A DNA stretch of 64,000 nt from Bacteroidota bacterium (GTDB taxonomy: Bacteria; Bacteroidota; Rhodothermia; JANXDC01): contig AP024675.1 in NCBI GenBank assembly GCA_025998875.1, positions 821,589 through 885,588 on the forward strand, given 5' to 3'. Shown piece after piece: positions 28,605 through 36,732 of this stretch. Each line of letters starts with the position of its first letter. The stretch's first letter is position 1. The notes beneath the pieces were generated by a model. It ran no database searches and was not told where the DNA came from. It saw nothing but the letters and a program-made list of their open reading frames with translations. Both the position numbers and the translations under genes were made by a program.

Positions 28605-29063
28605 ATAGCGCGCCTCTAGGTCGCGAAGGCGCTCGATCTGCTGGCGATTCCACTCGCTCTGCGCCTCTCCCTCATGCACGGGCGTGGAAAACCATGCCTC
28701 GAGGATCTCCTTGAGCACGGGGATGGAGACCAGACGCAGACTCAGCGCGAGCACATTGGCGTGATTCCAGATGCGCGCCCCACGGGCCGTATACGCATCG
28801 TGACAGAGGGCGGCCCGGATACCGGGCACCTTATTGGCCGCAATCGAAGCCCCTGTGCCCGTCCAACAGCATACGATCCCTTCATCGGCCTCACCACGGG
28901 CCACCGCCTCCGCGGCGCGACTGGCCGCAAGCGGCCAGTCCACATCCGGGTCCCCATCGGCCACGGCGCCGAAAAGTACTAGTTCATGTCCACGCAAGCG
29001 CAGCTCTTCGAGCAACACCCGGGTGAGCTCATTGGCCTCGTCGCTACCGACCGCGATGCGCAT
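28584..29063 (-). CDS. RpiB/LacA/LacB family sugar-phosphate isomerase
   Basis: MRIAVGSD, GIVCCWTGTGASIAANKVPGIRAAL, NHANVLAL. Confidence 0.9.
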   Translation of the reverse strand: MRIAVGSDEANELTRVLLEELRLRGHELVLFGAVADGDPDVDWPLAASRAAEAVARGEADEGIVCCWTGTGASIAANKVPGIRAALCHDAYTARGARIWNHANVLALSLRLVSIPVLKEILEAWFSTPVHEGEAQSEWNRQQIERLRDLEARYLCAPAK

Positions 29064-29086
29064 AGGAGCCTCCGGTTTGGTTCCCG

Positions 29087-29104
29087 TTTACACCGTCGTG
29101 TAAA
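29087..29104. promoter_or_regulatory. Palindromic operator-like site in the divergent rpiB/cytochrome intergenic region
   Basis: Perfect inverted repeat TTTACAC-CGTC-GTGTAAA. Confidence 0.55.
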
Positions 29105-29132
29105 TTACGGCGTGCTCGCCCGTGTCGTAAAC

Positions 29133-30221
29133 ATGCGAAAGTGGGGAATATCGGTTATCGTTTTCCTGCTGGGCACCCACCCGCTTCTTGCGCAGGTCGA
29201 TACCACCGAGGTGGATCTAAACCACCTGCCCGCCCCTCGCCTCTTCCAGATCGCCTGCGCGCAGTGTCATGGCCCCGATGGACGTGGCTATCCGGATGGA
29301 GCATGGCGGGAGCTAACGGCCCTGCGTGTGCCCCCTCCGGACTTTACCGATCCGCTTTTTAGCTCCCTAGAGCCGCTGGCCGACTGGATTGGGGTGATCC
29401 GGGAGGGGGGCAAACCCTACGGGCTTTCGATCCAGATGCCCGCCTTCGGGGAGGCCCTTTCTGAGGAAAAAATCCGCGAGCTGGCCGAATATCTCAAAAG
29501 CCTGGGGGCAGATCCCCGCTATCCCCCCGGAGAGTTGGCCTATCCTCGACTGCTTAACGCGACCAAGCCCTTCCCGGAAAGCGAGGCGCTGTGGATCGTC
29601 TGGCAGGAAAACCGCCCGCATCGGCCGACGATCCGTAAGGCCACCCTGTACTGGGCGCAGCGATGGGGGCCGCGTCGGCAATGGGAGCTCAAGCTCACCC
29701 CCGAATGGTCAGCCTCCAGCTATGAGGCCCTGGAGGTCGAGGTGGGCTTCAAGCAGGCGTTGGCCCACAGCCTGTCGGCGCAATGGCTGCTTTCGGCCGG
29801 ACTGGAGGCGGCCTTTTACCTAAAAGGAAATGAACCCTGGAGCCTTCAGCCCTACCTAACCGGGATAAAGGGCCTGGGCGAACGGGCTGCCCTGCACGCA
29901 AGCCTGCGCCTGCTCTACGAACCCACCTCCGAAGAGCCCGCCCTGCTACGGTGGGTTCTGGGGGGACAGCTGCTCATGGCCAATCGCGCTCGCCTGCTGG
30001 CCCCCGCCATCGAATGGGTGGGCGAACGAGCCCTCGCATCCGGAGCCCCGCTCCACCATCGCCTCGTTCCCCAGCTCTTCCTTACCCCACCCCGGCGGGG
30101 ACATGTGGCCCTTGCGCTGGGAGTCGAATTTCCTCTGCACCGGCAGGCGTCGTACCGCTACCGCCTGCGCGGCTTTCTGCTCTGGGAATTCCTGGAGGGT
30201 CCGTTCTGGGAAGGTTGGTAG
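29133..30221 (+). CDS. Exported monoheme cytochrome c fused to a predicted outer-membrane beta-barrel
   Basis: Signal peptide, CAQCH heme motif, MPAF distal Met, then about 12 amphipathic strands ending LLWEFLEGPFWEGW. Confidence 0.8.
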   Translation: MRKWGISVIVFLLGTHPLLAQVDTTEVDLNHLPAPRLFQIACAQCHGPDGRGYPDGAWRELTALRVPPPDFTDPLFSSLEPLADWIGVIREGGKPYGLSIQMPAFGEALSEEKIRELAEYLKSLGADPRYPPGELAYPRLLNATKPFPESEALWIVWQENRPHRPTIRKATLYWAQRWGPRRQWELKLTPEWSASSYEALEVEVGFKQALAHSLSAQWLLSAGLEAAFYLKGNEPWSLQPYLTGIKGLGERAALHASLRLLYEPTSEEPALLRWVLGGQLLMANRARLLAPAIEWVGERALASGAPLHHRLVPQLFLTPPRRGHVALALGVEFPLHRQASYRYRLRGFLLWEFLEGPFWEGW

Positions 30222-30256
30222 CTCTGGGGAGTAATTCAAAACCGGAGGCATCTACT

Positions 30257-31306
30257 ATGCGCGGCCTGATCAGCGTCCTGCTTCTGAGCCTCAGCAGTAG
30301 CGTTCTCCTGGCGCAGCCTCGATACTTCGACTGGAAAGAGGTCGCCCCCGGCGTATACGCGGCGATCGGCAAACCGGGTGTGCTCAGCAACGCCGCGGTT
30401 ATCCTGACAGAAGAAGGCGTGGTGGTCGTCGACACGCACCTGCGTCCCTCCTGGGCACAGGACCTGCTGGCCCATATCCGGCGCATCACGGACCGGCCTG
30501 TGCGGTTTGTCATCAATACGCACTGGCACAACGACCACACGCAGGGCAATCGGGCCTATCAAGCCGCTTTTCCCCGGGGAACCGTCTTCATCGCCCATCA
30601 CCGCACCCGTGAGGATCTACTCAGCAAAGGCATTCCCAATCTGGAACAAACCCGCCGCATGCTTCCGGAGCGGATCACCCGGCTGCGCCAGCAACTGGCC
30701 GAGGGGAAAAGGGAGGATGGAAGCCCTCTGGATGAGGCCGCGCGTCGAGCCCTGGAAGCTCAGCTTGCCGACAGCGAAGCCTATCTGCGCGAGCTGGAAC
30801 AGCTGGAGATCACACTTCCGGACCTGACCTTCGAACGCAGCTTGCGGCTATGGCTGGGGGATCGGCAGATCGACGTCCTCTATTTTGGAGAGGGCCACAC
30901 CCAGGGCGACGTCTTCGTCTACCTGCCCCAAGAACAAGTGCTCATCACCGGAGACATGCTCGTCGGAGGGCTTCCCTTTATGCGGGACGCCAGCCCGCTG
31001 GCCTGGGCCAGCACGCTGGAGCAGGTGGGCAGGCTTCCGATTCGCACCATCATCCCCGGCCACGGAGATGTACAGATCGGCACAGCCAGACTGGAACTCT
31101 ATGTGCGCTACCTGCGCGAGCTGGAACAGCTGGTTCGGGAGCAGATCCAGCGTGGAGCCTCGCTCCAGGAGGCCACCGAGGCCCTTCTGCAGGATCCCCG
31201 TCTGATGCGGTATGCCTCCGAATTCCCCAATTTCCGCAACGGACTTCTGGGGCCCAACGGCAACATCGCCAAAATGTACCAGGCCCTGCGCAGCCATGGC
31301 TCTTAA
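30257..31306 (+). CDS. Secreted metallo-beta-lactamase-fold hydrolase
   Basis: Signal peptide, INTHWHNDHTQGN, GHTQGD, TGDML, IIPGHG; GGAGG RBS. Confidence 0.88.
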   Translation: MRGLISVLLLSLSSSVLLAQPRYFDWKEVAPGVYAAIGKPGVLSNAAVILTEEGVVVVDTHLRPSWAQDLLAHIRRITDRPVRFVINTHWHNDHTQGNRAYQAAFPRGTVFIAHHRTREDLLSKGIPNLEQTRRMLPERITRLRQQLAEGKREDGSPLDEAARRALEAQLADSEAYLRELEQLEITLPDLTFERSLRLWLGDRQIDVLYFGEGHTQGDVFVYLPQEQVLITGDMLVGGLPFMRDASPLAWASTLEQVGRLPIRTIIPGHGDVQIGTARLELYVRYLRELEQLVREQIQRGASLQEATEALLQDPRLMRYASEFPNFRNGLLGPNGNIAKMYQALRSHGS

Positions 31307-32048
31307 TCAGGACCGGGATGCCCACATTGTGTACGCTGAACCCGGCCATCCGGGCAAGAAGAGTTATGTGCGCTCCCTGTTTAACGGAATCGCGGCCCGG
31401 TACGATCTGCTCAACCGACTGCTGAGCCTGGGCCTGGATCAGCACTGGCGCCGACAGGCCGTCCGATGGCTGGCCCCGGAACAGCCCCGGCGCCTGCTCG
31501 ACATCGCCACGGGCACGGCCGATTTGGCCATCGCCGCCTCCCGGATCCGGACCGTGCAGGAGATCATTGGCGTCGACATCGCCGAATCCATGCTCCAGCG
31601 TGGTCTCCAGAAGGTGCGCCGCCTGGGCCTGGAGGATCGCATTCACCTACAGTGGGCAGATTCCGAATCCCTGCCCTTTCCGGACAGCTCCTTTGACGCC
31701 GTCATGGTCGCCTTCGGGGTGCGCAACTTCGAAAACCTCGGGGGGGCACTCGGAGAAATGCACCGGGTGCTTCGTCCGGGAGGCGTGGTCCTGGTGCTGG
31801 AATTCGCCCGCCCCCGGATGGCGGGGTTTCGGCCCCTTTTTGAGGCCTATTTCCGTCACCTTCTTCCCCGCCTGGGCAGGTGGATATCCGGGCACCCGGA
31901 GGCGTATCGCTATCTGCCTGAATCCGTCAGTCGGTTTCCGGAAGGGGAGGAATTCGTCGATCACCTACGCCGGGCGGGGTTTTCTCCCGTCACCTGGCGC
32001 CGTCTTACCTTTGGGGTATGCGCCCTGTACAAAGGATGGAGGAGATAA
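31296..32048 (+). CDS. menG: Demethylmenaquinone methyltransferase (UbiE/MenG)
   Basis: FNGIAARYDLLNRLLSLG, LDIATGTAD, FGVRNF, RVLRPGG, AYRYLPESV. Confidence 0.93.
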   Translation: MALNQDRDAHIVYAEPGHPGKKSYVRSLFNGIAARYDLLNRLLSLGLDQHWRRQAVRWLAPEQPRRLLDIATGTADLAIAASRIRTVQEIIGVDIAESMLQRGLQKVRRLGLEDRIHLQWADSESLPFPDSSFDAVMVAFGVRNFENLGGALGEMHRVLRPGGVVLVLEFARPRMAGFRPLFEAYFRHLLPRLGRWISGHPEAYRYLPESVSRFPEGEEFVDHLRRAGFSPVTWRRLTFGVCALYKGWRR

Positions 32049-32054
32049 GCAACC

Positions 32055-32672
32055 ATGCGCAGAAGACGATCCGGGATTTTGACACTCGGCTGTGGCATTT
32101 TGTTTATGGCCACTGCGACAAGGGCTCAGGATATCAGCGTCGGGCTCATCGGGGGGCTTACCTATACTTCCCCACAGGCCCTGCAGAACGGCTCCGCACG
32201 GGAAATCTACGAACGGCGCTCCGGATACCATTTCGGGCTATTTGTGGATCTCGGCCTCTCTGAACGCACCCACCTCCGACCGGCCGCCATCTGGTCGGTT
32301 AAGGAAATAGGCGTTCAGCCCGGGGGCGGGGGATTGAGTCTGGGAAGCGATTTCCAGCTCAATCATGTGGATGTTCCGCTGGATCTGCGCCTTGAGCTGG
32401 CCATACCTTTCATCGCTCCCTACGTGCTGCTTGGCCCCCAGGCCGCCATCCGTATCGACGCCAGAGACGAAGACGATCGCTCGCTGAAAGATCGCTTCCG
32501 CCTGCTCTCCTGGAGCGCCAACGTAGGTCTGGGTCTGCGCATGCACGTGCTGGGCCTGGTCCTATACCCGGAGCTACGCTACAATTTCGGGTTAGACAAA
32601 CTCAACGAACGCGGCCCGTGGGAAGACCTCAAGCTCAACATGGTGCAGCTGCGGCTTGGTCTGGCCTTGTAG
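32055..32672 (+). CDS. Small outer-membrane beta-barrel (porin family, about 8 strands)
   Basis: Signal peptide, amphipathic strands, YVLLGP and ELRYNFGL motifs, terminal QLRLGLAL. Confidence 0.75.
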   Translation: MRRRRSGILTLGCGILFMATATRAQDISVGLIGGLTYTSPQALQNGSAREIYERRSGYHFGLFVDLGLSERTHLRPAAIWSVKEIGVQPGGGGLSLGSDFQLNHVDVPLDLRLELAIPFIAPYVLLGPQAAIRIDARDEDDRSLKDRFRLLSWSANVGLGLRMHVLGLVLYPELRYNFGLDKLNERGPWEDLKLNMVQLRLGLAL

Positions 32673-32744
32673 GCGATACCGGCAAGCTCAACAAGTCCGA
32701 CCCAGGGCAAGAGCTCCATACCGGCTACGAGGGCATCGGCATCT

Positions 32745-33632
32745 ATGCACACTGCCCATACCCAAGTCCCACCTATACGCATTCGGGTAGCGCACAGCCC
32801 GGATGCCGACGATGCGTTTATGTTCTACGCGCTGGCCGCGGATCCGCCCCGGATCCCAACCGGCCCGTACCGCTTCGAGCACACGCTGGCGGATATCGAA
32901 ACGCTCAACCGGGCTGCGCTCGAGGGTCGCTACGAGATTTCCGCGCTCTCCATTCACGCCTATCCCTATGTGGCCGACCGGTATGCGCTCATGTCCTGCG
33001 GGGCCAGTATGGCCGAGGCGGACTATGGTCCTGTGGTTGTGGCGCGTCGTCCTTTTTCCCCGGAACAGCTGCGCAACCGACGTATCGCTGTGCCGGGCCT
33101 GTGGACCTCGGCCTATCTTGCCCTTCGGCTCTACTTACCCGAGTTTGAGCCCGTCGTGGTGCCTTTCGATCGGATCCTGGAGCTCGTCGCCCGGGGGGAG
33201 CTCGAGGCGGGCCTGCTTATCCATGAGGGCCAGTTGACCTACGCCCGATGGGGGCTTGCAGAGGTGGTCAATCTGGGTCGCTGGTGGTATGGCCAGACCG
33301 GACTGCCCCTGCCCCTGGGGGGCAACGTAATCCGCCGTGATCTGGGTCCGGAGCACATGCGCCGGCTTACTGCGCTCCTGCGCCAGAGCATCGCCTACGC
33401 GCTCACCCATCGCCAGGAAGCGCTTCCGTATGCGCTCCGATATGCCCGAGAACTGTCTTCTTCGCAGGAAGCGGACCGGTTCGTGAGCATGTACGTTAAC
33501 CGGCGCACCCTGGACTACGGCCCCGATGGTCGACAAGCCGTACAGCTGTTTCTGGACAGGGGATATGAGGCGGGATGGATCCCGAAAAGGGTGCAGGTGG
33601 AGTTCATCGATCCCGAAGAACCCGGCGAGTAG
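32745..33632 (+). CDS. mqnD: MqnD-type futalosine-pathway menaquinone biosynthesis protein (MqnA/MqnD/SBP family)
   Basis: HSPDADDAFMFYAL, DIETLN, YGP.VV, GLLIHEGQLTY, LPLPLGG, MYVN. Confidence 0.88.
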   Translation: MHTAHTQVPPIRIRVAHSPDADDAFMFYALAADPPRIPTGPYRFEHTLADIETLNRAALEGRYEISALSIHAYPYVADRYALMSCGASMAEADYGPVVVARRPFSPEQLRNRRIAVPGLWTSAYLALRLYLPEFEPVVVPFDRILELVARGELEAGLLIHEGQLTYARWGLAEVVNLGRWWYGQTGLPLPLGGNVIRRDLGPEHMRRLTALLRQSIAYALTHRQEALPYALRYARELSSSQEADRFVSMYVNRRTLDYGPDGRQAVQLFLDRGYEAGWIPKRVQVEFIDPEEPGE

Positions 33633-33655
33633 TGCAAAGCCAGGAGGCCAAGCCG

Positions 33656-34945
33656 ATGCGACACAGCCTGATGTGTACCCTTGCGTTTCTGAGCTCGATC
33701 GCCTGGGCACAGCCCCAGCCGGAACGCCTGGCCATTCGGGCGGGCAGGCTTTTCGACGCCGTAGACGGCCGTCTGCAGCGGGACATGGTCATCGTGGTAC
33801 GTGGCGATCGCATCGAGGCCGTCGTGCCGGCTTCCCAGATCCCGCGCGGAGTGCCCGTTGTGGACCTGAGCCCGTATACCGTACTGCCGGGGCTCATAGA
33901 CTGCCATGTGCACCTGAGCTCGGATAGCTCCTCGGTCATGGGCTATTTTCAGCCCCTGCAGGAGGTGCCGGCCTACGCCGCCTTGCGGGCCAGCGTGAAC
34001 GCGCGCAAGATGCTCGAGGCCGGCTTTACAGCCGGACGCAACGTGGGCGCGGCGGACTGGGTAGATGTGGCCTTGCGGGATGCCATCGATCGGGGCCTTG
34101 TGCCCGGTCCTCGGTTGCAGGTGGCCGCACACGCCATCGGCATTACGGGCGGGCACTGCGATGTAACAGGATTTCGGCCTGACCTTTTCGGCCGGGAACC
34201 GGGCATTGAGCAGGGCATTGCCAATGGCCCCGAGGAAGCGGTGGCGGCTGTGCGCTATCAGATCAAGTACGGCGCCGACGTCATCAAGATCTGCGCCACG
34301 GGCGGGGTGCTCTCCATTCGCGACCCCGTGGGAGCCCAACAGATGACCTACGAGGAAATCCGCGCTGTGGTCGAAGAGGCCGCTCGACATGGTAAACGCG
34401 TGGCCGCGCACGCGCACGGAACCGAGGGGATCAAGGCGGCCATCCGGGCCGGAGTGGCCTCCATCGAGCACGGGTCCATGCTCGATGAGGAGGCTCTTGC
34501 GCTCATGAAGGAGCACGGCACCTATCTGGTCCCCACCCGTCTGGCCGGGGAGACGGTCTACGAGAAGGCCCGGCGCGGACAACTGCCCCCGCAACCGGCG
34601 GCCAAAGCCCTGGAGATCGCCCCTCATATGCGGGAAAGCTTCCGCAAAGCCGTGCAGGCGGGGGTCAAGATCGCTTTCGGCACGGATTCCGGCGTCTCTC
34701 CCCACGGACAGAACGCGCGCGAATTCCGGCTCCTGGTTGAGGGGGGCATGCGGCCCGTAGACGCCCTGCTTTCGGCCACGCGGGAAGCGGCACGTCTGCT
34801 CGGATGGGAAGATCGTATCGGCACCATCGAACCCGGAAAGTACGCCGACCTCATCGCCGTACCTGGAGATCCCACCCAGGACATCACGGTCATGGAACGC
34901 GTGCTCTTTGTTATGAAGGGCGGGGTCATCTACAAACGCCCCTGA
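33656..34945 (+). CDS. Secreted metal-dependent amidohydrolase (Xaa-Pro dipeptidase-like)
   Basis: Signal peptide, LPGLIDCHVH, IKICATGG, AAHAHG, SIEHG, FGTDSG, GKYADLI. Confidence 0.88.
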   Translation: MRHSLMCTLAFLSSIAWAQPQPERLAIRAGRLFDAVDGRLQRDMVIVVRGDRIEAVVPASQIPRGVPVVDLSPYTVLPGLIDCHVHLSSDSSSVMGYFQPLQEVPAYAALRASVNARKMLEAGFTAGRNVGAADWVDVALRDAIDRGLVPGPRLQVAAHAIGITGGHCDVTGFRPDLFGREPGIEQGIANGPEEAVAAVRYQIKYGADVIKICATGGVLSIRDPVGAQQMTYEEIRAVVEEAARHGKRVAAHAHGTEGIKAAIRAGVASIEHGSMLDEEALALMKEHGTYLVPTRLAGETVYEKARRGQLPPQPAAKALEIAPHMRESFRKAVQAGVKIAFGTDSGVSPHGQNAREFRLLVEGGMRPVDALLSATREAARLLGWEDRIGTIEPGKYADLIAVPGDPTQDITVMERVLFVMKGGVIYKRP

Positions 34946-35058
34946 TCCATCGGCGCAGAGATCGGTAGCTCTTGGCCGGGCGACGTCGGGCTGGAAGCAG
35001 GTCACATCTTTGGCTTCCGGTTCGTACCTTTTCCTGATGGCATATGGAGGTAGAGCCC

Positions 35059-36732
35059 ATGGGCATCTATAAAATCCCCCGTCCGCAGAACGAACCGGTT
35101 CGCTCCTATGCCCCGGGCAGTCCGGAGCGAGCCAGCCTGCGCAAACGCATCGAGGAAATGCGCGCAGAGGTGATCGAAATTCCCGTTATCGTGGGGGGAG
35201 AAGCAATCTACACGGGCGATATAGGAGAGGTAGTCTGTCCCCACGAGCACGGGCACGTGCTGGCCCGTTTCCACCAGGCCGGCCCCCGCGAAGTGGAAAT
35301 GGCCATCGAAGCGGCCCGAAAAGCCTGGCAAGATTGGTCTCGGTGGCCATGGGAGGATCGGGCGGCCATTTTTCTGAAGGCGGCCGAGCTGCTCGCCGGA
35401 CCCTGGCGGGATACGCTCAACGCGGCCACCATGCTCGGGCAGAGCAAAAACGTCTTCCAGGCCGAAATCGATTCGGCCTGCGAGCTCATCGACTTCTTCC
35501 GCTTCAACGCCTACTACATGCAGTTCATCTACGAACAGCAACCCGATTCGGCCCCGGGCGTGTGGAATCGGGTCGAATATCGGCCCCTAGAGGGCTTTGT
35601 GTTCGCCGTGACCCCGTTTAACTTCACCTCCATTGGAGGCAATCTGCCCACGGCGCCGGCGCTGATGGGGAACACCGTGCTCTGGAAACCCGCCTCCACG
35701 GCGCTGTATTCGAACTACTACGTCTATCGCCTGCTTGAGGCGGCGGGCCTGCCTCCGGGCGTGATCAACTTCCTACCCGGCAGCGGTGCCCGCATCGGAG
35801 CGCTCGTGATGGACCATCCGGATCTGGCCGGAATCCATTTTACGGGCTCCACGAGCACCTTCCAGCACATGTGGAAACGCGTGGGTCAGAACATCGAGCG
35901 CTACCGATCCTATCCGCGCCTGGTGGGTGAAACAGGGGGCAAGGACTTCATCGTCGTGCATGCGAGCGCGGATCTGGAAGCGGCGGCCACAGCCATCATA
36001 CGCGGAGGATATGAGTACCAGGGGCAGAAATGCTCCGCCGCCTCGCGCATCTATGTACCCGCCAGTCGGTGGCCTGAGCTTAAGGAATTGCTTCTGGGCC
36101 AGCTCAGCCAGATCCGCATGGGGCCCCCGGAGGATTTCCGCAACTTTTTCAATGCCGTCATCGACCGGGCCGCCTTCCAGAACATCACGGCCTATATCGA
36201 ATACGCCCGCCAGCGCAGCGACACGGAGATCCTCTACGGGGGCACCTATGACGACTCGGTGGGCTATTACATCGCCCCTACGCTGATCCAGACCACCGAT
36301 CCCGGATCCCGACTCCTGTGCGAAGAGATTTTCGGGCCCGTGGTGACGCTCTACGTCTATCCGGAGGCCCGATACGAGGAAACGCTCCACCTGGTGGATC
36401 GGACCAGCCCCTATGGGCTTACGGGTTCGATTTTCGCTCAAGATCGTCGAGCGATCCAGCTGGCTACCGAGATCCTGCGTCATGCGGCCGGGAATTTTTA
36501 CATCAACGACAAGCCTACAGGGGCTGTGGTCGGACAGCAACCCTTTGGCGGAAGCCGGGCCTCAGGGACTAACGACAAGGCGGGCAGTTACCTGAACCTG
36601 CTCCGGTGGGTTACACCGCGAGCCATCAAGGAAACTTTCCTGCCTCCGCGGCATTTCGCCTACCCGTTCATGCAGGAAGACCCCGCAGAGGTGGAAGCGT
36701 TCGAAAAGCCCACGGCGCGCCGTTCCGGCTAA
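35059..36732 (+). CDS. pruA: L-glutamate gamma-semialdehyde (P5C) dehydrogenase
   Basis: NEPVRSYAPGSPER, AEIDSACELIDF, GETGGKDF, YQGQKCSA, GQQPFGGSRASGTNDKAG. Confidence 0.95.
   Translation: MGIYKIPRPQNEPVRSYAPGSPERASLRKRIEEMRAEVIEIPVIVGGEAIYTGDIGEVVCPHEHGHVLARFHQAGPREVEMAIEAARKAWQDWSRWPWEDRAAIFLKAAELLAGPWRDTLNAATMLGQSKNVFQAEIDSACELIDFFRFNAYYMQFIYEQQPDSAPGVWNRVEYRPLEGFVFAVTPFNFTSIGGNLPTAPALMGNTVLWKPASTALYSNYYVYRLLEAAGLPPGVINFLPGSGARIGALVMDHPDLAGIHFTGSTSTFQHMWKRVGQNIERYRSYPRLVGETGGKDFIVVHASADLEAAATAIIRGGYEYQGQKCSAASRIYVPASRWPELKELLLGQLSQIRMGPPEDFRNFFNAVIDRAAFQNITAYIEYARQRSDTEILYGGTYDDSVGYYIAPTLIQTTDPGSRLLCEEIFGPVVTLYVYPEARYEETLHLVDRTSPYGLTGSIFAQDRRAIQLATEILRHAAGNFYINDKPTGAVVGQQPFGGSRASGTNDKAGSYLNLLRWVTPRAIKETFLPPRHFAYPFMQEDPAEVEAFEKPTARRSG

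Noticed and set aside
29133..30221. Naming the cytochrome-barrel fusion cyc2
   Set aside because: It lacks the Cyc2 N-terminal motif, has a full class I cytochrome domain and a smaller barrel; only the architecture is analogous.
33656..34945. Amidohydrolase as aminofutalosine deaminase because it follows mqnD
   Set aside because: It has a signal peptide and Xaa-Pro dipeptidase-like motifs, which fits poorly with a cytoplasmic futalosine step.
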